A stretch of 32,000 nucleotides of DNA from Pseudoalteromonas tetraodonis (GCF_002310835.1 NZ_CP011041.1:3330001-3362000); one strand, 5' to 3'. Counted from the first letter of the stretch, positions 7,170 through 15,674 are shown. Notes: generated by a model not told the origin, from the letters alone. Translations and numbers: made by a program.

Positions 7170-9290
7170 TTAGTCCTCATCATCCATGAAAATTTCGTTC
7201 AGTCGTGTATTTGCAATCACGACAGAAGTTTGCGAATCGTTGTTGGAAGGATTGCGTTCGTTTCTCGCTGACTCAGGCTTTACAGCACCGTAAATCGCTT
7301 TACTTTCATCCCTTTGAGCAGCTTTATCACCAAGTTTAGAAAGCTCTTCATTCATTGTTCGATTAGCTGACTTTGACTTCTTATCTTCTATAGCTGCACG
7401 CACTTCTTCCTTGTTTTTTAACTGTTGTTCAAGCGCATACAGCGTGTGATGGTGCATTGCGTCATTATTTGTGTCTTGAATTTCTTTGTACCTCAACTCT
7501 ACGTCACGCCAAGTTAGTCCTTCAAATCGTCTATAATGAACATACAGGAGACATTTAATATACTTAGTCTCTCCATTCTTTGGCACTAGGTAGATAGCAG
7601 AGGCGTCTGATTGATCAATAGCAACCTCCATTTTTTGCCTGTTGTTGTAAACCCTTTCTCGTAGACCTGGCGCATCAGGGATCTCAAATTGAAGATGTTT
7701 GTAAGTGAGAATATAACCTCTAGACACGCTCGCTTTATCTCTTTCAAGCAATGAATACCAGAAATACTCTGGATCAACAGAATGAAGCGGACCTGTCCTA
7801 TGAGCTATGCCCCAATTCCATTTCGAGTTTGGAGAGGTATCAAGATTGGTTGGATAGTCTGCGTCGACTTTTCCCACTCCCATCGTTTTAGAGTTAAGCA
7901 CCATGACAGTTCGCGCAATAATGCGGTTCAACTCACTTAGCAGCATTGTATATTCATCGGGCTTGTACTTACCGCCATGTTTTTTTGGTAAGTAATGCGA
8001 AATCAAACCAGGAAGTAGGTGGCTTATTTCCGCATAAACTCGACCAAAACTTCTTTCACCTTTACCTCTTTTTTCTGGCTGGGAGGCTCCGCTATTAATC
8101 ATAGCTATTCCATGCTCGACAGAAACAGAAGTGATTTTTTTACTTCGAAGGTCAGAACCTAAGTCCCCAAAAAAAGCTTTTGGCAAGCCCTGCATCGACC
8201 AGTCACTTGGCTCGATTTCCAAACCAAATTCTCGACATAATTCAACTTTATCCCTGACCGCAACAGTCATAGCGTTCATTGCATTGAAATACGATGGGGG
8301 CGTTAGTGTCAGCAAGAAGCCTACACAGCTAGAAGTATCGCTATCAATAACTTCATAGAGGGTCGGCCTACCCAGAGGGAATCGCTCTTCATCGGCCAAT
8401 CCTGCATCGAAAGGCGTCGCATCTATTTCATAAGAGTATCCAGGGCCAACTAAATTGGCACTGACTGCTGAAGTAAGCTTTCTAACGTTAGCATTGAAAT
8501 GTTTTTCACCAAATTTAGCTTTTGCTCGGGCTTCAGAGCTGAATTTGTGATAATAGAAAGCTTTGAATAAATCAAAGCTAGGTTTTTCATTTTCCAATTT
8601 ACGAACATCCCCATTGCACCAGCGCGCTAGAAAGTCATAATAAGCATCTTGTATTCTGTTTGTATTCTTGGGTTTACCCTTTTTATCAACAGTGTATTTA
8701 CCGCTGAAAATTGTGTACTTGATAGCAGTTTCCATCACTGATTCCATTTCAGGAGTAGACTGAGTTGAATCATAACTTCCGTGTTCTTTAGGTCGACCTA
8801 AGCGTTTTTCCCGTCTTGTTTTTTTCTTACCTTTACCACCACAGTTAGCATAATCAGGCAAAAGTGCATTGGGGGTTTGTCCGCGCTGCCAATATCGTCT
8901 GAGATAACGATAAATCGTACTTTTTGCACCGACACCCATTGCAACAAGTACTTTAATTAATTCAGCCCGCTGTTTTTTAATCCAATATTTAGAGCCACCA
9001 ATGACACCTTGGATTCGAGCAAGGTTACTATCACGTATTGCATGATAATCATGACCTACTTCATAGCTACGATTTACACTTTCTCGCCATGGATCCTCAA
9101 CATTGATAATCTGGTGTTGATCATCAATATTTTCGACTTGTTGTACAGTTAGCTGAAAAGGGAGAGCGTCATCTTTTTCAATATTAATGAAAATGGCAAA
9201 GTCACCAAAATCATCCAATAAACGGTACTTATGTCCGTCCCAGCTGTAAACATGATTGCGCGTCATAAAATCAAGCATGAAGCACCTCAT
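7170..9290 (-). CDS. tnsB: TnsB DDE (RNase H-fold) transposase
   Basis: 706 aa. N-terminal HTH region (KSTIYRYLRRYWQRGQTPNALLPDY). DDE-type core blocks are YEIDATPFD, FFGDLGSDL and GKGERSFGRV. It overlaps the tnsA stop. The exact start (M1, M5 or M9) is uncertain. Confidence 0.9.
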   Translation of the reverse strand: MRCFMLDFMTRNHVYSWDGHKYRLLDDFGDFAIFINIEKDDALPFQLTVQQVENIDDQHQIINVEDPWRESVNRSYEVGHDYHAIRDSNLARIQGVIGGSKYWIKKQRAELIKVLVAMGVGAKSTIYRYLRRYWQRGQTPNALLPDYANCGGKGKKKTRREKRLGRPKEHGSYDSTQSTPEMESVMETAIKYTIFSGKYTVDKKGKPKNTNRIQDAYYDFLARWCNGDVRKLENEKPSFDLFKAFYYHKFSSEARAKAKFGEKHFNANVRKLTSAVSANLVGPGYSYEIDATPFDAGLADEERFPLGRPTLYEVIDSDTSSCVGFLLTLTPPSYFNAMNAMTVAVRDKVELCREFGLEIEPSDWSMQGLPKAFFGDLGSDLRSKKITSVSVEHGIAMINSGASQPEKRGKGERSFGRVYAEISHLLPGLISHYLPKKHGGKYKPDEYTMLLSELNRIIARTVMVLNSKTMGVGKVDADYPTNLDTSPNSKWNWGIAHRTGPLHSVDPEYFWYSLLERDKASVSRGYILTYKHLQFEIPDAPGLRERVYNNRQKMEVAIDQSDASAIYLVPKNGETKYIKCLLYVHYRRFEGLTWRDVELRYKEIQDTNNDAMHHHTLYALEQQLKNKEEVRAAIEDKKSKSANRTMNEELSKLGDKAAQRDESKAIYGAVKPESARNERNPSNNDSQTSVVIANTRLNEIFMDDED

Positions 9291-10104
9291 TTACAACTTG
9301 AATGTCAGCTCCCCTTAGGTCAAAGAAGTCTCTGTCAAATTTCAAAAAGAAAGCACCAAGCTGCACGAGTTGCTTAAACCTGTAAAGGTAGGTGCCATCC
9401 TGACCCCCTTTTTCTTCATCAAGAGCAACAAGTAAATTATGAATTCGTTCGTCTGGGTTGCTGAGAAAAACGTTCTCAATTGTGGCAACATGAGAGTAAA
9501 GCTCATCAACATCACAATCATCTAGGTTCGCGCCAATTATCCACTCCAGAGTACGGTGGGTTTTCCTACAAATTTGTTCTTCCGTAACCACATACAACGG
9601 AATGCCAAGTCGAGCCAACGAAGCTCGTTCTAATTGAAGCTTTTCAATCGTCCGCCATCCTTTTAAATCTTGTACGTATTTTACATAAACACCAAACATT
9701 TCATGTTCAGGACCGTCAAGCGTAACAACAAAATCGGTTGTTAGAGGCTTTTTCTCTGGCTCGTACTGTGGCGAGTGGTTAATCCCTAAATCATGGGCTA
9801 GCTTCAACGTGGTTTTTAGGTCATGTGGGTACTGAGATTGAATGTCGACCACTTGAGGATCCATATCCAAAATGATGAACACCATATATTCAAGTAAAGA
9901 CAGTGTATGTTCAATGCGCCCAGTTGTGCGACTTTTAACTCGTCGCATTTGACCCTTTGAAGAAACCGTGTGCACAGTAGCACCAGGCTGATAATCTTTG
10001 TCTGGAACATAAGCTTCTTCGACAATTTCATTTAACTTAAGACTCATTTGAGCCTCGCCACTCATATTCGTGGTACTTAACATCGTCAACATCCTTATCA
10101 ACAT
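9271..10104 (-). CDS. tnsA: TnsA endonuclease-type transposase subunit
   Basis: TnsA pattern: TGRIEHTLSLLEYMVFIILDMDPQVVDIQSQYP (catalytic E block), LTTDFVV (D) and VYVKY (K). This is followed by IPLYVVTEEQI and a C-terminal wHTH-like part. The true start may be the ATG at 10047 (MSLKLNE..., preceded by GAGG) rather than 10104. Confidence 0.85.
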   Translation of the reverse strand: MLIRMLTMLSTTNMSGEAQMSLKLNEIVEEAYVPDKDYQPGATVHTVSSKGQMRRVKSRTTGRIEHTLSLLEYMVFIILDMDPQVVDIQSQYPHDLKTTLKLAHDLGINHSPQYEPEKKPLTTDFVVTLDGPEHEMFGVYVKYVQDLKGWRTIEKLQLERASLARLGIPLYVVTEEQICRKTHRTLEWIIGANLDDCDVDELYSHVATIENVFLSNPDERIHNLLVALDEEKGGQDGTYLYRFKQLVQLGAFFLKFDRDFFDLRGADIQVVNEVLHA

Positions 10105-10374
10105 AAGACTCTTTGAGGCACCATCCTGATGCCCATAGGTACACGTAAATTTTAACAGATTTTGACCATCCTGATTTTAACTTATTGTTTTTTAATTATT
10201 TAATTTAATATAACCAAGTTAAAAACAAACTTTTTAAGTTGTTTTTTGTTGTTTATGAAGGAGATGGAGAAAATGAAAAAAAATAAAATTTTTTCTTCGT
10301 GGCTGAAGGTTTATATAGTTTTTAGCTGATTGAGTTAGTCTTATCCAGACTAATTGCTAGTGGGATATAACGCG

Positions 10375-10713
10375 TTAGTCACAATGTGTGTCATCAAACT
10401 TACACTGAATACGCAACCAGAAGTCGTGAGGCATGCCAGTAGTATCTCCAAGTTTTTTGGCGAAGTCTAAGTTAACACTCACCTTTCCTTGTAGAAATTT
10501 GTTGAAAAAGTTTTCGGTAATGCCTAAGCGATTAATTATATCTTCTCTACTAACACCATTACTCTTGAGTAAAAATAAATGGGCGAAATACACAGATGGA
10601 TGGAGCGAGCCTTTGTGATGAGGAACAACAACGAAACCCTCCTGAGTAAAATCATCAAGAGATAATACGCCCTCAACTAAAGCATCAATGTCTAATCGTT
10701 CATCATTTTTCAA
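10375..10713 (-). CDS. XRE-family HTH protein, HigA/VapI antidote-like (orphan)
   Basis: 112 aa. HPSVYFAHLFLLKSNGVSREDIINRLGITENFFNKFLQGKVSVNLDFAKKLGDTTGMPHDFWLRIQ matches the HigA-type HTH pattern (HPG..L.e.fL...g.s...lA..lgv....is.i..Gkr.it.d.A..L...fG.s..fWlnlQ). No HigB-like ORF lies next to it. Confidence 0.7.
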   Translation of the reverse strand: MKNDERLDIDALVEGVLSLDDFTQEGFVVVPHHKGSLHPSVYFAHLFLLKSNGVSREDIINRLGITENFFNKFLQGKVSVNLDFAKKLGDTTGMPHDFWLRIQCKFDDTHCD

Positions 10714-10867
10714 AATTGTTCCTCAGACTGTACTTTAGCATTTTAAATCTGGATTGCTTTTTTGTGTAAAAAGCGAATGTCGCTCCATATAAATGTCTAT
10801 TGACACTGACGGCCTTCTTTATCATTTATCTCTATTAATAGTTACCCTCCTATTGTAGTATTTAAAT

Positions 10868-11000
10868 TAGCCCACATGCAGATTTGTTGGTTGCGCTTCG
10901 CAACCTGTGACAACATTGTCCAAGTGACTCGCCTTCTCGGATTGCTTCATAGGCTTTCCCGAATTACTCGCTCGCGGCGCGTAAGAGTGCATGTGAGCTA
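10868..11000 (+). ncRNA. Predicted retron msr-msd non-coding RNA
   Basis: A 13-nt inverted repeat has arms TAGCCCACATGCA (10868-10880) and TGCATGTGAGCTA (10988-11000), pairing at 12/13 positions (a1/a2-type). The repeat brackets 107 nt and ends 32 nt upstream of the RT start. A G at 10881 directly follows the 5' arm and is the candidate branching G. There is a perfect 7-bp hairpin GGTTGCG-ctt-CGCAACC (10889-10905) and an imperfect extended hairpin at about 10923-10968 (candidate msd stem). Confidence 0.6.
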
Positions 11001-11032
11001 CTTTTCTAAGAAAAAATATATTAGGGAATAAT

Positions 11033-12793
11033 TTGATTCATAGAAGAAACTATTTGCTGCTTAAGCAGGCTAAAACCAAATCTGAGTTAGCCTCAATACT
11101 AGGCGTTTCAGCTGCTTTTCTTACTAAAACTTTGTATAAACCAGGCGTTCAGTCGCACGTAAATTCGCATTATCACCAATTTGATATTACTAAAAAGTCT
11201 GGTGGTGTCAGAACTATCAGTGCACCATCAGCTGAATTAAAAGACCTACAACGCAAATTGTCAGATTTACTGTTGGATTGTAAAACGGTCATTCAGCTTG
11301 ACAACAAGATTGAATGCAGTCTTTCTCATGGCTTTGAGCGAGAAAAATCCATTATTACTAACGCACGTATACATCGTGGAAAAAAGAATGTATTAAATTT
11401 AGATCTAGCGGATTTTTTTGGTAGCTTCAATTTTGGTAGAGTTCGGGGGTACTTCATTGCCAACAAGGATTTCAAGTTAGATCCCCATATTGCAACAGTT
11501 ATTGCTCAGATCGCTTGCTATAAAGATACCCTGCCTCAAGGTAGCCCATGCTCTCCAGTAATAGCAAATCTAATAACTAACAGTCTCGATGTGAAATTAT
11601 CAAAGTTAGCTAAAAGAAATGGCTGTTCTTATACCAGGTATGCCGATGATATTACTTTTTCAACCAGAAAAAAGAGCTTTCCCGCTGCCATAGTTAGCGA
11701 CATTGAAAATTTAACATTAGGTTCAAAGCTATTAGGTGAAATAAGGCGAGCTGGATTTTCCGTAAACCCCAAAAAAACTAGGCTACAATTTAAAGATTCA
11801 AGGCAAGAGGCTACGGGCCTAGTTGTAAACAAAAAAGTAAGTGTTAAATCAGAATATTGGCGTCTGACCAGAGCAATGGCCCACTTTCTATTTAAAACTG
11901 GAAAATTTCAAGTTGCCGAACAAGATGGCTCCTTTAGAGATGGGAATATTTCGGAGTTAGAAGGCAGGTTAACTTTTATCGACTCTATCGATTTTTATAA
12001 TAACTTAGAGAAAAAGAAGCACCCGGAACCCAAATTTGAACCAAAGATCCACTCTGGACTCAACAAATTCAAAGGCAAATTAAACTCACGAGAAAAAGTG
12101 TATGGTAGATTTCTCCAATACAAACATTTTTTTGCGAATGAATACCCAACAATTTTGACTGAAGGTAAAACAGATAACGTTTACTTAAAAAGTGCTTTAA
12201 GTCGCCTTCAAGCTGTTTACCCTAATTTAGTAACCCCAAAATCAGCTACCGCAGCTTACTCACCCAAACTAAAGTTTCCCGAATTGAATCGTAAAACAAT
12301 GTATTTACTCGATATAGGTGATGGTGCGACACCATTTGTTAGATTTGTTCAAAGATATGCCGATGAGTTAAAGAGCTTTGAAAAGAAGAAAGCTAAAAAT
12401 CCTGTAATTCTAGTGTTGGATAATGATACAGGCCCTAATGACTTATTGAACCATTTAGTGAAGAACGTTAAATCATGCCCTAACGATAAAGCCACATTAA
12501 AGAGCGGTGGCTTTATTCATTTATTCCATAATTTGTATCTTATTTTGACACCTCTCAATGCTGGAGGAAAAGATTCAGCAATGGAAGATCTATTTGACGA
12601 TGCAACACTTGGTCGTACTATCAATGGAAAAACTTTTTCAGCGGCTAAACACTTTGATGAAACCAAACACTTCGGCAAACATATCTTTTCAACTAAAGTA
12701 GTGCGGTCAGGTAAAGCAAATATCAATTTTGATAAGTTTAAGTATATTTTTGATGAAATTGAGAAAGTTAAGCAACATTTTTCAAAATTATGA
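11033..12793 (+). CDS. Retron reverse transcriptase fused to a C-terminal Toprim domain (Retron-Eco2/Ec67 type)
   Basis: 586 aa with a TTG start preceded by AGGGA. RT motifs are NLDLADFFGSFNFGRVRGYF, LPQGSPCSPVIANL and the catalytic YADD (nt 11639-11650). The C-terminal Toprim signature is TEGKTD (Glu at 12161-12163) and LDNDTG (DxD). The Ec67 retron RT is likewise a 586-aa RT with a C-terminal extension. Confidence 0.9.
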   Translation: MIHRRNYLLLKQAKTKSELASILGVSAAFLTKTLYKPGVQSHVNSHYHQFDITKKSGGVRTISAPSAELKDLQRKLSDLLLDCKTVIQLDNKIECSLSHGFEREKSIITNARIHRGKKNVLNLDLADFFGSFNFGRVRGYFIANKDFKLDPHIATVIAQIACYKDTLPQGSPCSPVIANLITNSLDVKLSKLAKRNGCSYTRYADDITFSTRKKSFPAAIVSDIENLTLGSKLLGEIRRAGFSVNPKKTRLQFKDSRQEATGLVVNKKVSVKSEYWRLTRAMAHFLFKTGKFQVAEQDGSFRDGNISELEGRLTFIDSIDFYNNLEKKKHPEPKFEPKIHSGLNKFKGKLNSREKVYGRFLQYKHFFANEYPTILTEGKTDNVYLKSALSRLQAVYPNLVTPKSATAAYSPKLKFPELNRKTMYLLDIGDGATPFVRFVQRYADELKSFEKKKAKNPVILVLDNDTGPNDLLNHLVKNVKSCPNDKATLKSGGFIHLFHNLYLILTPLNAGGKDSAMEDLFDDATLGRTINGKTFSAAKHFDETKHFGKHIFSTKVVRSGKANINFDKFKYIFDEIEKVKQHFSKL

Positions 12794-13073
12794 CTCGAAG
12801 AGTCAATTTCAACCTACTATTTAAATCATCTCAATGTCTCATAAAAGCCTAGTTTAAATTCATACATTCTCAGCCAGTCAAATCATGTAAAAGATTTAGC
12901 CAAGTCTATACCTTGTCGGTGCAATAATTGACCTTTATTATTTATCTAGAGCTAGATGCCGTCAAAAAATCTAATGTCAATTTCCGCAAAAATAGTCATT
13001 TTAAATAGATCTTACAAATCAAACTCCACTAGGGCGATGTAAAGTTTTCCCAACTTCAAAAGTAGGGGAAACT

Positions 13074-14261
13074 ATGAATTCACAAAAAAATAAAAATTTT
13101 ATTAGCGCGGCTTTACTCTTGGCGATCACGCAGGTTGTTGGCTGCACATCTGAAAGTGACGTTCAAAAGAGCGTTAACAACACTGGTAAATCAGATGCCA
13201 CAGATAACAAAATTTCTGGAAGTTTTAAAAGTGCGTATGACACAGGTGTGTTTTACTCTACAGAGATGATGCCTTCATCTCAGGTGTATGGAAGAAAAGC
13301 TAACGGGTGCACTCAACAGTACAACGATCACTACTTTGAAACTGCAAATGCTCTGGTATATGGTAATCCAGAATTACCTAGCAGCGACTATGAGAGAGTT
13401 GCTAGCTGGGTAGAAGAGAATTTTGATTCTGCCTTAAGTGCGATGCAAGTAACTAAAGGTGAGTATTTTTCAAATCGATACGCAATTCGTCTCGATGGCT
13501 TAAAGTATATCAGAAATAATCTTGCCTATAAGCAGTATGACTCAGTTTCATATCCATCAGAGTTTGATAATTGGAATTACGAACAACAGGTTGATTGGGC
13601 GACTAAAACAACAAAAAACATGGATACAGCTCAAGCTGTTGGACTGTTAGTTAATGATCCATATTCACCTTTCCAAACGGAATCAGAAGCTGTTTTGGAA
13701 GATAAACTCTACGTTTGTATCCATGAAACAACCTCAACGAATGGCTGGGGTGAAGGCAATTTGGTCGGAATTAATGTAGGTGCCCCGTCTATTGCTGTAC
13801 CACATGAAGTAGACAAAATCGTAAAGCACGAAATTATTCACACAATTCAATATGCGTTAACGGGCAATTTCGAAGGATTAGGATTACCAAGATGGTTTAG
13901 TGAAGGTCAGGCCGTCTCGCTGAGCGGCATGAACGTGGCTCATAAATCACAACACAGTGAATATGATCCAACGCTTGTTGTTTACTACAACGATGAAATT
14001 GGCGACCAAGCCACTGCCTATAGCCATTACGGCCTTGCCTATCAATACTTGAAAGATACTAACGGACAATCTTCAATTATCAGTTTTATGAAAGATGTGA
14101 AACAAGTCACGTATGATTTTTCTAAGCAACTGAACTCCCCACTAGAAGAGTATCACGGCTACGTTGAAGCCTTTGATAAAAGCATGAAGCAATTCAACGG
14201 TGCCCCACTATCTGTAGAGCAATACCGTTACGACTATCATTCATTACTAACTGACTATTAA
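13074..14261 (+). CDS. Lipoprotein, gluzincin (peptidase MA-like) metallopeptidase
   Basis: 395 aa. Signal peptide with lipobox (LLLAITQVVG|C). HEIIH zinc motif (nt 13827-13841) followed ~25 aa later by WFSEGQA, the HExxH...EGxA arrangement of MA-clan peptidases. Confidence 0.7.
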   Translation: MNSQKNKNFISAALLLAITQVVGCTSESDVQKSVNNTGKSDATDNKISGSFKSAYDTGVFYSTEMMPSSQVYGRKANGCTQQYNDHYFETANALVYGNPELPSSDYERVASWVEENFDSALSAMQVTKGEYFSNRYAIRLDGLKYIRNNLAYKQYDSVSYPSEFDNWNYEQQVDWATKTTKNMDTAQAVGLLVNDPYSPFQTESEAVLEDKLYVCIHETTSTNGWGEGNLVGINVGAPSIAVPHEVDKIVKHEIIHTIQYALTGNFEGLGLPRWFSEGQAVSLSGMNVAHKSQHSEYDPTLVVYYNDEIGDQATAYSHYGLAYQYLKDTNGQSSIISFMKDVKQVTYDFSKQLNSPLEEYHGYVEAFDKSMKQFNGAPLSVEQYRYDYHSLLTDY

Positions 14262-14287
14262 GCCAACAAGTTTAAAAGGTATCTATC

Positions 14288-14533
14288 ATGACAATTGACT
14301 CAAAAGTGATAATTCTAGAACACGCAGGCTTTGATATTTATGGCAAAAATTTAAATGCGCTAGAACACGTTATAGAGCTTAAAAAATTCATACAGGATAA
14401 GTATCCGAAAATAGCTGAGCTAAACGGCTTCGAAAACTCTTTCAATGAGTTTCCGTATGACTTCCTAGGAAATGTTCAAGCTGTTTCAGACCTTGCTGAT
14501 CAGCATCTAGGCTTTCTTGTTGTTGCAATGTAG
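14288..14533 (+). CDS. Hypothetical protein (81 aa)
   Basis: ORF lying 26 nt after the peptidase gene, co-oriented and tightly packed with its neighbours. No motif recognised. Confidence 0.4.
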   Translation: MTIDSKVIILEHAGFDIYGKNLNALEHVIELKKFIQDKYPKIAELNGFENSFNEFPYDFLGNVQAVSDLADQHLGFLVVAM

Positions 14534-14543
14534 AGATAGAAAA

Positions 14544-15302
14544 ATGAAATTAGCTATTTTTTCAGATATTCATAATGAATTTGGTGTTTGGCACCCTCCT
14601 AAACTAGATGCCGACGTGGTCATTCTGGCTGGTGATATACACTCCAAGCACCGCGGTGCTCAATGGGCTACTGAGTCCTTTGATGTACCCGTAATCTATG
14701 TACCGGGCAACCATGAATACTATGGTTCTAATATTGACTCTGTAAATAAGAAGCTTAAAGAACAGGTAGAAAACTCACATGTTCATGTACTGCTAAATGA
14801 GAATATCAATATCGGTGGAGTCAATTTTATTGGCTCAACCTTGTGGACTGATTTCAAACTGTTTGGAGAAAAAAAACAGCGTGAGTGCTCGTTTTATGCT
14901 GGTTCAAGAATCAATGACTATGAGCGTATTCGACTCAATGACAATGGTAAGTACCGCAAATTGAGAACTGCCGATACTCAAGGTTTTTTCGATAATTCAG
15001 TTAGCTTTATTGAAAAAACGCTAGCTAAAAATACCAACAACAAAACGGTGATCGTTACTCATCATGCACCGTCTGATAGATCAACACCGCAGCAGTACAA
15101 AGATGATTTACTGTCAGCCTCGTTTTCATCAAACCTTGAGAAACTTCTAGCGCAATATGACATTAACCTATGGGTACATGGGCACACACATCATAATGTC
15201 GATTACATGCTCTCTGGAACCCGAGTCGTTTCTAACCAGCGAGGTTATGCCAAGGTTGAAGAAAATACTTCATTTTGTGAAACATACACCATAGAGGTTT
15301 AA
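14544..15302 (+). CDS. Calcineurin-like metallophosphoesterase
   Basis: Motifs are MKLAIFSDIH (DxH), LAGDIH (GD), GNHEYY (GNHE), VTHHAP and GHTHH. I use the ATG at 14544 (MKLAIF...) rather than the track start at 14517. Confidence 0.8.
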   Translation: MKLAIFSDIHNEFGVWHPPKLDADVVILAGDIHSKHRGAQWATESFDVPVIYVPGNHEYYGSNIDSVNKKLKEQVENSHVHVLLNENINIGGVNFIGSTLWTDFKLFGEKKQRECSFYAGSRINDYERIRLNDNGKYRKLRTADTQGFFDNSVSFIEKTLAKNTNNKTVIVTHHAPSDRSTPQQYKDDLLSASFSSNLEKLLAQYDINLWVHGHTHHNVDYMLSGTRVVSNQRGYAKVEENTSFCETYTIEV

Positions 15303-15305
15303 TTT

Positions 15306-15593
15306 ATGAACATAAATTCGGACGAAATAGAAATTACCACTTGTGCCTCTCCTTACGATCCACCAATTGGCGCTCACGTAGGGGTTAGAATAAGGCATTT
15401 GAAGTTAAACATTGAAGTAACAAGCACAGACCAGAAATCGCAGCATAAAAATCATATGGTAGCGACGGAAAATCTTAAGTCAGAGTTAGCTAAATTTGAA
15501 CTCGTCAAATCTCGCTTTGAGGATATAGATGAGGATGATTTAATAGATGGTGAAACATTTTGGCGTGAGCTTAACTCCGGAAAATATGATTAA
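15306..15593 (+). CDS. Release-factor (RF-1/PTH domain)-like small protein lacking the GGQ motif
   Basis: 95 aa, starting 3 nt after the phosphoesterase stop. VRIRHLKLNIEVTSTDQKSQHKNHMVATENLKSEL aligns with class-I release factor domain 3 (..AVRITHIPTGIV.QCQ.DRSQHKNK..A...L.A.L). SQHKN lies at nt 15438-15452. The position of GGQHVN reads PPIGAHVG. Confidence 0.6.
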   Translation: MNINSDEIEITTCASPYDPPIGAHVGVRIRHLKLNIEVTSTDQKSQHKNHMVATENLKSELAKFELVKSRFEDIDEDDLIDGETFWRELNSGKYD

Positions 15594-15674
15594 AAACCTG
15601 AAAAAAATTTGATTCTTACAAGTTAAACTGAAGCTGCCTATGCGAGTATTTCGTCATCAATTTGGAGACGTAAT

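Noticed and set aside
10137-10160. Possible internal transposon end: GGTACACGTAAATTTTAAC loosely resembles the terminal TGTGCACGTTAAATAAT
   Set aside because: Only a partial match to the first ~17 nt. No GTTCGAAAC-type TnsB repeat follows it, there is no partner end, and no AAAAC duplication flanks it. I keep it only as a weak hint for the tandem-fusion hypothesis.
10714-10867. A HigB-type toxin partner, or a sigma70 promoter that could be assigned with confidence, upstream of the retron
   Set aside because: There is no ORF of adequate length on either strand. A TTGACA hexamer at 10800-10805 exists, but no well-spaced -10 element follows it, so I do not annotate a promoter.
12792-12806. Small hairpin GACTC-gaa-GAGTC overlapping the RT stop codon, as a possible terminator (with a similar weak hairpin AAGACT...AGTCTT near 27625-27650)
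   Set aside because: The stems are only 5-6 bp and are not followed by a T-run. That is insufficient to call an intrinsic terminator.
14517-14543. Upstream start-codon extensions proposed by the ORF track: 14517 for the phosphoesterase, 16330 for the acidic protein, 24700 for the ATPase, 2008 for immunity paralog 2, 5786 for tnsD
   Set aside because: The extensions overlap the preceding genes or lack an SD sequence. Downstream ATGs have better SD spacing, or they align in register with a paralog or with the family N-terminus.
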